DNA of 41,273 nt from an uncultured delta proteobacterium (GCA_963803435.1 CAWDML010000016.1:1-41273), one strand, 5' to 3'. Shown: positions 27,601 to 39,040, counted from the first letter of the stretch. The notes: generated by a model from the letters alone, not told the origin. A program made the numbers and translations.

Positions 27601-29005
27601 TCACACCTCACGCAATCGGTTGGCGAAGCGCTCGACCACGCCCGGATCGAGAACCTCGAGCCACGGGCTCGAAACCGCCGCGCCTCGCTCGGAGAGCGCC
27701 GCCGCGAGCTCACCGAGCAGAAGGCGGTAGTACCGAGCGGCTCCAAGGTCCGTCGGAAGCCCCGGCTCACGCGCCCGCTTCGTGATCGTTGGCCATGTCT
27801 CTGCGAGGAGGAGCTCCTCTTTTCGGTCCGGCGAGATCGTGGTCGCCCACTTGGCTGCGTAGCGCTCCAAGTGATCGCGGGTGCCGTGGGCGAGCTCCTC
27901 CTCGAGGTAGTCGAGGAACTCGGTGACCCGCTGTGTGAGGGACGGGTGCGAGGCCTCAGGCTGGACGGGCACTCGCGCAGAGGCAGCGACGTCCGAGTCC
28001 GTGGCCCACGGCGCCGGAGCAGGCTGGATCCCGATCGCCGCACGGAGCCAGACGCCGTTCGCTTCGAGCTTGGCGGCGCCCCAGCGAGTGTAGGCCGAGT
28101 GAGCTCCGTCGGGACGCGCCAGGCCGTCCAGCCCATGCGCATACTCCGAGAGCTTCTCGAGATAGGTCTCGGCGTCGGCGGTCAGCTGCTCGACGCGGAC
28201 CTTGCCGGGAGGACCGAGCACGAACGAGGAGATCACGTGCGGTCTCCTCCGGCAGACGGCGGGCGAACGGCGCGGTCCACCAGCGCTCGAGCTCGCCCAG
28301 CAGCTCGCGGTAGGGTCGAAGGATGGGAATGCCGGCGACCGTCGTGAAGAGCTCGACGCCGGCCAGATCGAAGAGCGTCACCATCGCGGCGGCCCGATCG
28401 GTGCCGCCGTCGAAGAGGCGCCGCGCGAGCTTCGCCGCGGCGAAGAATCCCATCTGTTCCCGGTGAGCGAGCGAGCCGTCGGCGAGGCGCACGGCATGAC
28501 TCCAGACGTCGCGGAGCTCCTCGATCTGCTGCAGGGCCTCGGGCATCCGAGCCCGCCACTCCAGCGTGGCGAATGCGCCCGAAAGCTGGCTTGCATAGGC
28601 GAGGTCGCCTGCGTCGATCCGCGCCAGCGCGGCCTCCATCGCCTGCTCCGCTGACGTTCCAGGAGCGCCGGCGAGGATCTCTGCGCGAAGGACCTGAATC
28701 GCGAGCACGGCCGGCTCGATGATCCGCCGATAGGGCTCCCCTTGGTCCGGCGAGTGAAAGATCACGCCAGGGAACAAGAGCGACTTCGTGTGGCGCTCGG
28801 GCTGCGACGGGACGTCCTGGCTGCGGATCAGATCCTCCATTCCGACGAGCACCTCGACGAGCGCCCTCCGCGCTTCCTGATCGCGACGGTAGACGGTCTC
28901 GTCGAGCCGATGGGCGGTCTGGAGGCGGCGCCCTCCAAAGCCGAGCGCCGGCTCAGGCGACGGGCTGGAGGTGAAGAGCCAACCGATGCTGGAGGGGAGC
29001 TCCAT
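27601..29005 (-). CDS. hypothetical alpha-helical protein (one probable frameshift near 28240)
   Basis: ORFs 27956..29131 (likely start MELPSS at 29005) and 27601..28236 abut and have protein-like composition. No recognisable motif. Confidence 0.55.
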
Positions 29006-29191
29006 CGGTCGGTCGGAGTGCTCGGCGGTCGCGCCCAGGTGTCGGCCCTCGACGAGCGGCGCCTGACGATGCGGGTTGACCTTGCGCACGCTGCCGTGTG
29101 TATCGGCGACGCCCCGGCTTTGTTGTCGCACGGCCGGGTCGACCGTCGTCTCACAGCCGTCACCTCTTTCTCAATGAGTCAGACCGGACGT

Positions 29192-30151
29192 TCAGACCTT
29201 CTTCCGGTTCTGGACAACCGACGCGACGATGCCGATGGAGAGGATGCCGACGATCACCGCCAGCGAGAAGCCGGCGGGGACGTGGTACGTGTGCGAGAGG
29301 ATCATCTTCACGCCCACGTAGCCGAGGATGAACACCAGGCTCTGCTTGAGGTACTGGAATCGGTCGAGGAGGCTCGCGAGCGCGAAGTAGAGCGAGCGCA
29401 GGCCGAGGATCGCAAAGATGTTCGACGTGAACACGATGAACGGGTCTTGCGTGACCGCGAAGATCGCAGGGATCGAGTCGACGGCGAAGAGGACGTCGGA
29501 GCTCTCCACGACCAGCAGCACCATGAACAAGGGGGTCACCGCGCGCGCACCCTGGTGTCGGGTGAAGAAGCGATTGCCGTCGAGCTCCGGTGAGATCGTG
29601 AATAGCTTGCGAGCTGCGCGGACGAGCACGTTGTGGTTGGGATCGATGTTCTCTTCCTTGGAGAACAGCATGCGGATCGCGGTGATGATCAGGAACCCGC
29701 CGAAGACGTAGACCATCCAGCTGAAGTTCTTGATCAGAGCGGCGCCGGCGCCGATCATCGCGCCGCGCATCACGAGCGCGCCGAGGATGCCCCAGAAGAG
29801 GACCCGGTGCTGCAGGACGAGCGGCACCTTGAAGTAGGAGAAGATCAGCGCAATGACGAAGATGTTGTCGAGGCTCAGCGTCTTCTCGATCAGATAGCCG
29901 GTCAGGAACTCGACGGCGGCGCCGCGGCCGTCGAGGTGCTCGGAGACCCCGATTCCGAACAGATGATGCTCGTAGATGAGGTAGACGACGAGGTTGAAGA
30001 CCAGCGAGCAGCCGACCCAGATGGCGGTCCAGGTGAGCGCCTCCCGCGTCGAGATGACGTGGTCCTTCTTGTGGAAGACTCCGAGATCGAGGGCGAGGAG
30101 AAAGAAGACCAGGCCGATGAAACCGACCCACAACCAGGCGCTGTCGGGCAT
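29192..30151 (-). CDS. TerC/Alx family metal-homeostasis membrane protein
   Basis: LALDLGVFH, GYLIEKTLSLDNIFV, QHRVLFWGILGALVMR, DVLFAVDSIPAIFAVT and FAILGLRSLYF. Confidence 0.95.
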   Translation of the reverse strand: MPDSAWLWVGFIGLVFFLLALDLGVFHKKDHVISTREALTWTAIWVGCSLVFNLVVYLIYEHHLFGIGVSEHLDGRGAAVEFLTGYLIEKTLSLDNIFVIALIFSYFKVPLVLQHRVLFWGILGALVMRGAMIGAGAALIKNFSWMVYVFGGFLIITAIRMLFSKEENIDPNHNVLVRAARKLFTISPELDGNRFFTRHQGARAVTPLFMVLLVVESSDVLFAVDSIPAIFAVTQDPFIVFTSNIFAILGLRSLYFALASLLDRFQYLKQSLVFILGYVGVKMILSHTYHVPAGFSLAVIVGILSIGIVASVVQNRKKV

Positions 30152-30243
30152 CAAGAAGACCCTCTGCCCCAGATAGCGACCATGTCGGTCGTGTCTAGCG
30201 CATTGGTACCGCCCGGCCCACCGCTATCGCGCGCGGCTTTCCC

Positions 30244-31329
30244 TCAGCGAGCGCTCAGCGCGTCGCTCGGCGCCTTCGCGGGCGCGTCGAGGAAGCTGCG
30301 GAGCGTGGTCTCGAGCTCCGGCAGCATCGGCTCGCGGAGGCGGGCCTCGGCCGCCTCTCGCGCGGGGGCGCCGCTCTCGGTGAGCAGTTGAACCGCGGCG
30401 TCGCGGACGTCGGCGGACGGATCGTCGAGGAGCTCGATCACCGGCGCCAGGTCGCTCGCCTGGACGCCGCCCGCACCGAGGCGGGCCAGCGCGTGGCGGC
30501 GTCCGTCCGATGCACGCGCCATCGCACGCACCAGCTGGATCCGATCGCGGTTCGCGAGCACCTCGGCCGCCCGGTGCCACGCCGCCGCCGGCGTGCGATC
30601 GAAGGCGACGATCGAGCCGAGCTCGCTGACGGTGGCGCGACCGTCGATCCTCGCCATCGACTCCACGGCGCGATCGGCCAGCGGGTCGGCGCCGGATCGC
30701 GCAATGTCGCCGATCGAGTAGACCAGCGACGAGTCGTTCAGGTGCGCCGCCAGCGAGAGCGCCTGCACGACCACCTCGGGCGATGCATCTGCCAGCGCGG
30801 TCGCAGCAGCCTCGCGAGCCAGCGGGCTCGGCTCGGCGCGGGCCAGATAGGCGAGTGCAACTTCTCTTGCAGCCGAGCTCTCGTGATCGAGGAGCGCGCG
30901 CACTTGCTGCTCGCTCAGCCCGCCGCTCTCCACCAGCGACTCGGCGAGCGCACCGCGCAAGTCAGCTTGCACCGAGGGTGCGTATCTGAGGAGCGACGCG
31001 CGCGCGCTGGCGCTCTTCACGTGCTGGAGGCCGCGGAGCGCGCCCAGCCTGCCCTCCGTCGGGCCGCTCTTCAGCTCGTGCACGAGCGCCCACTCGGCCT
31101 CGGAGGTCCCGAAGCGACCGACGGTCTCGAACAAGCGAGTCCGCGCCTCGCCCTGCTCGTTCTTCGCGCGGTCGTGCGCGAGCCAGAGCCCGCGCTGTCC
31201 AGCCCGCACGAGCCGAGCGGAGGCACTCTCGACATCCTCCCCGCGCGCGATCGAGTCGGCGGCCTGCGCCAGCGATCGAGCGGCGTGAGATTGCGATACA
31301 GCTAGAATGAGGACCAAGTTCGCAAGCAC
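30244..31329 (-). CDS. secreted HEAT/PBS-lyase repeat protein
   Basis: Signal-like N-terminus and repeats such as LLDHESSAAREVAL, LADASPEVVVQAL and LLDDPSADVRDAAVQLL. Confidence 0.72.
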   Translation of the reverse strand: MLANLVLILAVSQSHAARSLAQAADSIARGEDVESASARLVRAGQRGLWLAHDRAKNEQGEARTRLFETVGRFGTSEAEWALVHELKSGPTEGRLGALRGLQHVKSASARASLLRYAPSVQADLRGALAESLVESGGLSEQQVRALLDHESSAAREVALAYLARAEPSPLAREAAATALADASPEVVVQALSLAAHLNDSSLVYSIGDIARSGADPLADRAVESMARIDGRATVSELGSIVAFDRTPAAAWHRAAEVLANRDRIQLVRAMARASDGRRHALARLGAGGVQASDLAPVIELLDDPSADVRDAAVQLLTESGAPAREAAEARLREPMLPELETTLRSFLDAPAKAPSDALSAR

Positions 31330-31517
31330 AACCCCACGCTAGCAGGGGATCGCTGGCGGAGGATGCGGCACGCTGTCGGGGCTTGTCTCGACGGTCGGCA
31401 GCGCCACGCATCGCTGTTGCGCCTACCAGGCTCGAAGGGGCCGAGCAGGCGGCTCGCGGGTCGGGAGGGTCCGGCGGCGGTGGCTCGGTGTGACCGCGAG
31501 TGCGTCGAAGCGAGGCG

Positions 31518-32699
31518 TCAGCGCGACCGGGACCACCAGGCGATCACGTCGTTCGTGTCGGTATGAGCGTACGTGGAGCTGAGGAGGTCCGCGACGCCAT
31601 CGCCGTCGAGGTCGCCCGCGACGACGAAGTTGAAGCCTGCGTAGCCGGTGCGCACGACCTTGGAGGCGAAGCCGCCGCCGCCGCGGGTGAAGAGGCGAAG
31701 CTCGCCGTCGAGCTCGGTGGTGGTGGCCGCCACGTCGACGCTGCCGTCGCCGTCGAAGTCAGCGGCGGCAATCCGACTGGGGCGCACCGACGGGAACTCC
31801 GAGATCACGACCTCGGTCCATCCGGGAGGATCGTAGTACGCGATCTGTCCCGCGCTGACGGCCACGATCTCGAGCTCCGGATCGCCGTCCATGTTCGCCA
31901 GCTGGAGGTCCGTGGGCTCGGCGGGCGAGGCGATGGTCGTCTTGGTGAACGTGGCGCCGTCGTTCACGTACAGCGCGATCTCGCCGGAGGTGCGGCCGGC
32001 GGCCACCACGTCGATCGCGCCGTCGCCGCCGAGGTCGCCGACCTGAACCGAGGAGACGTCGAGGAGATCGGGATCGATGGCCACGGGCGGGTCAAAGCCG
32101 CCGCCCTCGTTGCGGAGCCACCAGACCCCGCCGCCGGCGCCGGAGTACTCGACCGACCCGACGACCAAATCCGGACGACCGTCGCCGTCGAGATCCGTGG
32201 AGGCGAGAGCCGTGGGACCGTCGAAGGTGTGGCCCGTGATCGCGTGCGTGATCCAGGCGCCGGTCGGATCGCCCGGATTCTCGTACCAGGTGATCTCACC
32301 CGAGCCACCCTCGCGCGCGAAGAGACCGACGGCCGCCACGTCGAGATCGCCGTCGGCGTCGACGTCGAGAACCTCGAGCTCGACCGCCACGATCCCGGTG
32401 CCGAGCTCGACCTTGCGCCAGGAACCCCCGCCGCCCTGATTCAGATAGAGATGAACCGCGTCCGTGAAGCTGAAGGCGACGACCACGTCCTGATCGCCGT
32501 CGCCGTCGATGTCGACCACCTGCATGCCCTGACCGTGCACGATGTCCTGATCGATCACGTGCTCGGTGAAGCCGGTCATCCCGGGATCCGAGCCGGCATC
32601 GCTTCCCGCGTCGGGATCGAACCCACCGGCGCTCCCGCAGGACGCGAGCAACGCTGCGAGCGCGCTGTATTTGGCGGATCGACCAAGAGCTGCCGGCAT
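31518..32699 (-). CDS. FG-GAP/VCBS repeat beta-propeller lipoprotein
   Basis: Lipobox LLASC and seven DxDGDGxxD(V/L) repeats (e.g. DIDGDGDQDVV, DLDGDGRPDLV, DFDGDGSVDVA). Confidence 0.9.
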   Translation of the reverse strand: MPAALGRSAKYSALAALLASCGSAGGFDPDAGSDAGSDPGMTGFTEHVIDQDIVHGQGMQVVDIDGDGDQDVVVAFSFTDAVHLYLNQGGGGSWRKVELGTGIVAVELEVLDVDADGDLDVAAVGLFAREGGSGEITWYENPGDPTGAWITHAITGHTFDGPTALASTDLDGDGRPDLVVGSVEYSGAGGGVWWLRNEGGGFDPPVAIDPDLLDVSSVQVGDLGGDGAIDVVAAGRTSGEIALYVNDGATFTKTTIASPAEPTDLQLANMDGDPELEIVAVSAGQIAYYDPPGWTEVVISEFPSVRPSRIAAADFDGDGSVDVAATTTELDGELRLFTRGGGGFASKVVRTGYAGFNFVVAGDLDGDGVADLLSSTYAHTDTNDVIAWWSRSR

Positions 32700-32764
32700 C
32701 GCTCCTTCAGAGCACACGGACGGCTCGCCAGGCAACCCGAGGTGGCCGTGAAACAGACGGACCG

Positions 32765-33811
32765 TCAGGGCCGCATGAGGTCCCGGGCCACGTCCTCGCT
32801 CATCTCCAGGAAGCCTTCCGCCTGGCAGGTCCCCTTCGCGGAGGCGGCCCGCACCGTGACCTCGCGCGCCAGGTCGACGAGCTCACCGTTGAGCACGCAG
32901 CGCGAACCGAACCTCGTGATCTTCGAGCGGAGGATGTGGCTGGCGGCGAGCGCCTTGCCGAGCTCGATCTGGCAGGTATCGTCGTAGCAGGCGTCGTAGC
33001 TCTCGGCCTTGATCGCGACCAGCTGGGCGTGAAAGGCGCGCTCCTGCTCGCCACGGTCGATCGTCTTCACGCCTTGTACAGTCACGAAGATCCGAAGCTG
33101 GTCCGAGAGATCGCGGACCAACGTGCGGGCGGCGGCATCGTCGCCCTCGGCGTTGGCGTCCTCCACGTCCATCACGGCGATCACCCGCCCGTCCTCGACG
33201 ACCGGCGGGGGTCTCGCGACCACCTCCCCGGTACCCGAATCGATCTTCGCGCCCCCGGTCAGAGGTACGGCGATCCTCGCGGTCTTCCGCATGCCGTCCT
33301 TCTCCACCACGTAGGTCGGCCTGGGCGCCTCGACGACGCGGCGCGCGGTGACCTGGGGGCGGGCGAAGAGTCGGACCAGACCCCAGACGGCGTCGACGGC
33401 GCCGAACACCAGAAAACCACCGCCGCCGACGAACAATCCCGTCCCGCCGGTGCCGTCGCTCTGTCCCCGCACGCTGGTGCCGACGCCGGCGAGCACGGCT
33501 CCGAGCGCCACCTCGCCCAGGCCGGTCCCGAGCAGCGCCCACGTGCGCGGGGTACTGATCGTCTCCTCGACCTGATAGTCGACGGGGTCGGACAGCGGCG
33601 TGAGGCCGACGATCCGCTCGCCGCCGGCCTCGTCAATCCGCGACACCTGCGCGCCTTCGGGGGTCGATTCGATCCTGACCTGCTGCGTGGCGGTCCGGCG
33701 GACCGTCTCGTCGGTGCTCCAGCCGATCATCGACTGCGCTGCGATGCCGCAGGCGCTGGAGCTCCCGCCGAGGAGCAGGAGGAATGGCAGCATGCTCGAT
33801 CCGCGTGCCAT
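32765..33811 (-). CDS. PEGA-domain lipoprotein with a C-terminal CsgG/TolB_N-like domain
   Basis: PEGA motif VRIESTPEGAQV...VGLTPL and two hydrophobic Gly-rich helices. The C-terminus reads IAVMDV...CYDDTCQIELGKALAASHILRSKITRFG. Confidence 0.65.
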   Translation of the reverse strand: MARGSSMLPFLLLLGGSSSACGIAAQSMIGWSTDETVRRTATQQVRIESTPEGAQVSRIDEAGGERIVGLTPLSDPVDYQVEETISTPRTWALLGTGLGEVALGAVLAGVGTSVRGQSDGTGGTGLFVGGGGFLVFGAVDAVWGLVRLFARPQVTARRVVEAPRPTYVVEKDGMRKTARIAVPLTGGAKIDSGTGEVVARPPPVVEDGRVIAVMDVEDANAEGDDAAARTLVRDLSDQLRIFVTVQGVKTIDRGEQERAFHAQLVAIKAESYDACYDDTCQIELGKALAASHILRSKITRFGSRCVLNGELVDLAREVTVRAASAKGTCQAEGFLEMSEDVARDLMRP

Positions 33812-33872
33812 GTCGCAAAGCAACCTAACACGACGAACGCGCGTCCCATGCCGCGTGAGCGCGGCCGCAGCT

Positions 33873-34562
33873 TCATCCGATCACACGCCGGTAGGCGTCG
33901 ATCACCGTCTCCTCCCCGAGCTCCGCGACCCGCCGCTCCTCGAGCAGCTTTCCGTCGCGCACGAACCCGATCCGATCCGCGGCCTTCTCCACCTGGAGCA
34001 CGTCGTGCGTCGTCATCAGGATGGCCGCTCCGTCCTTCTTGAGCACGACCAGGCGCGACATCAGCTGCTCGGCCGCCGAGGGATCGAGGCCGCTGGTGGG
34101 CTCGTCGAGGAAGATGGCCCGCGCCCCCTGGGCCTCGGCGATCGCCAGCGCGACCTTCTGCCGCATGCCCTTGGAGAAGACCCGGAGCCGGCGGCGGTGG
34201 TGGGAGGGGTCGAGGCCCGCGCGATCGAGGGTGAGCGCGATCTCGGAGCGGCGGACGCGGATCCCGGCGACGCCGAGGAAGAGCTCGAGCGTCTCGATCG
34301 GATCGAGGTCGGCGTAGAGGTCGACCACCTCGGGGACGAAGGCGGCGTGGGGCCGGACGCCCGGCGCGATGCGGGTGCCGTCGATCATCGCCTCGCCCTC
34401 GTCGGGCGGGATGAGGCCGAGGAGCATGTGCATGGTGGTGGTCTTGCCGGCGCCATTGCCCCCGAGCAGTGCATAGATCTCGCCGGGCGAGACCGAGAAC
34501 TCGATCGCGTCGACGGCGACGCGATCGCCGAACCGCTTCGTCAGCTTCTTCGCCTCGATCAT
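33873..34562 (-). CDS. ABC transporter ATP-binding protein
   Basis: Start MIEAKKLTKRF, Walker A GGNGAGKTT, signature FSKGMRQK, Walker B IFLDEP and TTH. Confidence 0.93.
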   Translation of the reverse strand: MIEAKKLTKRFGDRVAVDAIEFSVSPGEIYALLGGNGAGKTTTMHMLLGLIPPDEGEAMIDGTRIAPGVRPHAAFVPEVVDLYADLDPIETLELFLGVAGIRVRRSEIALTLDRAGLDPSHHRRRLRVFSKGMRQKVALAIAEAQGARAIFLDEPTSGLDPSAAEQLMSRLVVLKKDGAAILMTTHDVLQVEKAADRIGFVRDGKLLEERRVAELGEETVIDAYRRVIG

Positions 34563-35953
34563 GCGTCTTCCTTCGTGGGAGCGAGACTGCCGCGGGCCAG
34601 CGCCAGCGCGCCTGCGATCGCGCAACCGATCGCGGCGAACAGGAAGGCCACGGTCGCGACGAACGCGACCGTGGGCGATGCTGGAGGGATGCGGGAGAGC
34701 CTCGGCCACTCCTCCGGCTTGGTGAACGCCGGCTCATTGGCGAGCACGCGCTGGCCGACGAACTGCTCCAGCTGGAGACGGAAGCGCTCCGCCCGCTCGG
34801 CGAACCGGACCCGCTCTCCCGGCCCGCCGCCGGCGAGCTCGGCCAGCGCCATCGACAAGACCGACGACGGTGACAGCCAGGAGGCCAGCTCCTCCAGCTC
34901 GACCCGGCGCGAGAGCGCGCGGTCGGCGGCGTAGCGTGCGCCCTTGGCGCGCCGGTAGCGCTCGCGAGAGAGGAGGAAGTAATAGCGGCTCTGGCTGGTG
35001 GCGCCGTCGATCGCCTTCGAGGGGTCGAACCTGGGGTCGCGGGCGAGCTCGGCCTCCATCACCGCCTCGGAGGGGCGCGCGTAGACCTCCTGGGCGGCCT
35101 GCTCTCCGAGGAGCTGCTGCCTCGGATCCGGGGGGGGATAGGCGAGGCGGGCCACGCCGTTGACCGCGAGCGGCACCGCCACACCGAAGAGCAGCCAGGC
35201 GCCCAGGAGGACCGCAAGACAGGTTGCAGAGCGCTCGGAGAAGGCGCTGACGGCCACGGCCGCGGCCGCCAGGAACAGACACCAGGCAGAGATCAAGAGC
35301 GCGAGCGGGCCGAGGTCCTCGGCCGGGAGCGTCATGCCGGCGATGCGTGAGGCCGCCAGCGCGCCCGCCAGGGCGGCCGGGACCACGCCCAGGCAGAGGA
35401 TCGCGAACAGGCCGGCGATGCGGCCGAGCACGATGGCCGAGGGCCAGCGCGCGGGCACGAGCAGCATCGCCAGCGTCCCGTGCTCACGGTCGGCCGCGAT
35501 CGCGTCGTAGCCCAGCGCGATGGCGGCGAGCGGGAGCAGCAGCGTGAGGAACCAGGCGAGGTCGAGCGTGCCGAGGAGCGAGGCCGCCGGCAATCGTTCG
35601 GAGAGCGAGGGCACCATCGTCGGCGGTTCATAGATGCGCACCACGGCGGCGTCGGGGAGCGCGGCCAGCTCGCCCGCCACCAGCGGGGTGCTCGGCCCGA
35701 CGCCGCGCGCAATCATGGTGTCCTGCCAGGCGGCGAGATCGAACGCCGACGGCGCCAGGGAGGAGGTCACCGAGGCACGGAGGCGCTCGTGCGCAGCGGC
35801 GGCGTCGCGCTCACCGGTGGCGCGATGTTCCGCGGTCACCGCGCCGCCGACGAGACACGCGGTGAACGTTCCTGCCGCGAGGGCGAGCGCCACGCCGCGG
35901 CCGCGCGGCGCCCGGAGCGAGCGGCGGAGCTCGAGCGCGATCACTCGGAACAC
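34559..35953 (-). CDS. ABC-2 type permease, DUF3526 family
   Basis: Start (M)FRVIALELRR, LDLAWFLTLLLPLAAIALGYDAIAADREHGTLAML and SWLSPSS...LAG. Confidence 0.85.
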   Translation of the reverse strand: MFRVIALELRRSLRAPRGRGVALALAAGTFTACLVGGAVTAEHRATGERDAAAAHERLRASVTSSLAPSAFDLAAWQDTMIARGVGPSTPLVAGELAALPDAAVVRIYEPPTMVPSLSERLPAASLLGTLDLAWFLTLLLPLAAIALGYDAIAADREHGTLAMLLVPARWPSAIVLGRIAGLFAILCLGVVPAALAGALAASRIAGMTLPAEDLGPLALLISAWCLFLAAAAVAVSAFSERSATCLAVLLGAWLLFGVAVPLAVNGVARLAYPPPDPRQQLLGEQAAQEVYARPSEAVMEAELARDPRFDPSKAIDGATSQSRYYFLLSRERYRRAKGARYAADRALSRRVELEELASWLSPSSVLSMALAELAGGGPGERVRFAERAERFRLQLEQFVGQRVLANEPAFTKPEEWPRLSRIPPASPTVAFVATVAFLFAAIGCAIAGALALARGSLAPTKEDA

Positions 35954-37363
35954 GCGCGACCTCCCAGCTGCCGCGCCAGCGCCAGGCGCAGTCCGAGCGC
36001 GGCGAGCGCTCCCAGGATGAGCAGCAGCATCACGGCGAAGCGCGCGCGATCGAGCGAATAGGCGAGAGGGAGTGAGAACGGCTCCGGGCGGGGCGCGCCC
36101 GTGAAGTCGGCAAACTTCTTCTCGACGCCGGATTGATCGAACCCGCCCTTCCCTTCCCTCGCCCACCAGTCGTTGAACCAGCTCATCAGCCGGACGCGAT
36201 AGCGCTCGAAGTGGCGGAAGGCCTCTCGCAGATGGGCCAGGTCGCTCCCGGCGAGCGCGCTCGAGGCGAGGCTCGCCAGGCCCGTCGGCGAGGTCATCGC
36301 GAAGATCGCCGCGAGGCGCTCCTGTCGATCGGACTCGGCGTCGAGCGACTCGAACAGGTCGAACATCTTCTTGGAGGACTCCGCGTCCGCGAGGCGAAGC
36401 ATGACGGCATCGACGACCTCGGCGGATCGCCGCTGCCGTCCCACTCCGGGTAGCGGCGGCGAATGTCGCGGATCGCATCCGCGCGCAGCCGCTCGCTCTG
36501 AGCGTGGGCGCTGTCGGCCCACTCGGCGGCCTTGACCATGGTCTCACCCGGAGGCGGAGTGGGCGCGAGCGCGCGCGCCAGCCCACCGGCGAGCGGCGGG
36601 ACGAACAGCGCGAGCACGGCCCAGAGCGCGACGCCGCCGAGCAGCGCGCCGCGCACGGTCCGGGCCCGCGCCGAGAGCAAGAGCACGATCGGACACCAGA
36701 CGGAGAGCGCCAGGACGTGCGCGGTCAGCCAGAGGAACGTGCGCGGGCCCAGCTCGCCGACCTCGAGGCTGGCGATCAGGACGAACACGAGCGCGGGCGC
36801 GAACACCGCGAGCGCGGTGCGGGCCCACAGACCGGCGAGTTGCTGGCGGCCAGGGCTCCGGGACGGACGCCGGTGCTGCGCAACATCGCCCAGGTGCCAC
36901 GCCGCTTCTCGCCTGCAATCTGATCGAAGCCGAGGAGCACGACGATGGCCGGGGCGAACACCGCGAGCAGCAAGCCGAGGAATCGAAGCGCCCGGCGCCG
37001 GGCCCTCGGGAGAGCTCGGCCGTCCGCGCGCCGGTGAGAGGACGGGTCTGGTGGGCGTCGAGCCGGAGGTAGCGCCCGTAGGCGGCCTCGACGCCGCCGT
37101 CGAGGTAGCCGAGGGGCGCCGGCGGACGCGATACGACGTAGCCATTGTGGGCGATCGAGTGCCGGATGATCGGGACGCTGCTCACCGAAGCTCTTCTCGC
37201 CGTAGGTCGTGAGCGCCTGGTGCAGCTCGACGCGGGCGGCGTGCTCGGCGCCGCCGACCAGGACCGCCACGCCCGACAGCAGGGCCATTCCGAGCGCCGC
37301 CCACCGGACCCGCCGCGCTCGCGCTGCCAGCCGGAGCTCCTTCAACAGCAACGCCTTCCACAC
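35941..37363 (-). CDS. ABC-2 type permease, DUF3526 family (several frameshifts)
   Basis: (M)WKALLLKELR, HSIAHNGYVVSRPPAPLGYLDGGV, LGFDQIAGEKRRGT and SSALAGSDLAH. Confidence 0.8.
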
Positions 37364-37623
37364 GGCCGCGGCGCGACCGTATGCGGGCTGGACCCGCCGG
37401 GCAACCGAGCGCAGGGCCCGCGCCCTCTCGCGTGCCTCGGGATACAGGGGATCGTTCGCGAGACGATCGCCGCGCTGCTCGGCTCTGAGGATCCCGTTCA
37501 CCTGTGGGCGCACCGTCAGTGACGGTACGAAGCGCTTCGGCTCGCAGATCGTGGAAATCTGAAGTTCGGCGCGCCGGAGACCAGGTGCGGGGTTCCGGTA
37601 TGGCGATTGCTGCGTGGCCGGCG

Positions 37624-38987
37624 ATGCGACGCACCCTTGCTTTTCGGTCTGGCCGCCGGACTCGCGGCCTGCGCCGACGATCGACCCCGCGGATCCTCCG
37701 ATGCGGCGCCGGCCGATGCCATGGACGCCGCGGACGCTGCGGACCCTGCCCGACGCCGGCGCGCTCGACGTCGGCGGCGACGCGGGCGTGGTCTCAGGCC
37801 CACCGATCCTGGAGCGCGCGCCGGTCGGGTCGGTCACCTGCACGATCGCGCGATCCATGCTGGCCGCACCCCTGTCGAATGCGTACGTCCCGCCGGCCGT
37901 CGCCGCACGCCGGCCGGCGCCGTCTTCAGCGCGTACACCACCGCCGATCCCGCCGTCGAGATCGCGCCGCTCGATCCGGACGGCACGGTGGGCGCGCCGG
38001 TGATCCCACATCGCAGTGGCCACCAACGACATCTCTCAGCCCGAGCTCGTCGCGAGCGCGGACGGATTCGCGATCGTCTGGATCGAGACGAACCGGGTGC
38101 AGTTCGCCCGCTATGACGCCGCGGGTACGGCGATCGTCGGGCCGCGTCCGGTGAGCGCCGTCTCCCCGCTCACCATCACCTCGCTCCATTTCGCTCGCTC
38201 CGACACCGGCTTCGGGATCGGTCTGAGCGAAGCCAGCTACACCGAAGGCCTCCGGGCGGCGCTCCGGTTCGTCGCCCTCGACGACGCCGGCGCCGTCCGC
38301 GGCGAGCACACGGTCGAGGCCGTGGAAAACAACATTCGGATCCGGCCCGCACGTCGCCTCCGCCGCCGATGGATTCGCGATCGCCTACGAGCGCATCACG
38401 GCGACGTCGGAGAAATCCGGTTCGCGTCGCTCGACCAGGAAGGCGCGCTCGCCAGCGGTCCCAAGCAGGTCAGGCGGTTCGAGGGGAGCGGCGTCTTCGG
38501 CTTCGCGCAGCCTCGGGTGGCGATGCTGCAATCGGGATCCGGGTGGGTGCTGGCGTGGGTCGAGGACGCTACTCCGAGGAGGACCTGCACTCCGTCGTGG
38601 TGCTGTCGCGCGTCGACGCGGACGGCGACGTGGTCACGCCGGCCACCGAGCTCCGCCGCGCGGAGCAAGACATCGAGGAGGTCGAGCCCAGCCTGGTCGA
38701 GTCGGGAGGCGCGCTCGCCGTCGTCTGGTCGCGGGGCGCGGGCAGCCGGACCTGCGGGATATGCACGCCCTCGGACGTCCTCCAGCTGGTGCTCCTCGAC
38801 GCCGCCACCTGGGCGCCGGTGAGCAACGTCCTCGAGATGCCCTCCACCATCGTCGGGGGAACGCGGCCAGCTGGGCGGCGTCCTGAGCCAGTCACCGGTG
38901 GCGCTCGGCGCCGACATCCTGGTGGCGCTCCTGATCCGCTATCACACCGCCTCGACGCCCGCGTCCGCGCTGATCCGCTGCGAGTGA
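37624..38987 (+). CDS. hypothetical lipoprotein, beta-propeller-like (several frameshifts)
   Basis: LAAGLAAC lipobox, a DAG-rich linker, and repeated 'P-x-L/V...G-F/W-x-(I/V)-x-W' strands (PELVASADGFAIVW, PSLVESGGALAVVW) spread across consecutive frames. Confidence 0.55.
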
Positions 38988-39040
38988 ACCGCGATCCACA
39001 GATTCGGCGCGCGCCGTCGCGCTGCGTTCTCTGAGACGGC

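Noticed and set aside
30152-30243. yybP-ykoY Mn riboswitch upstream of terC/alx
   Set aside because: Expected from the gene family, but I could not find the GGGGAGUA / CGUC / GAGACC elements in the ~90-nt spacer.
31518-32699. Recurrent gtcgccgtcg-type DNA repeats
   Set aside because: Explained by the coding DxDGDG FG-GAP repeats.
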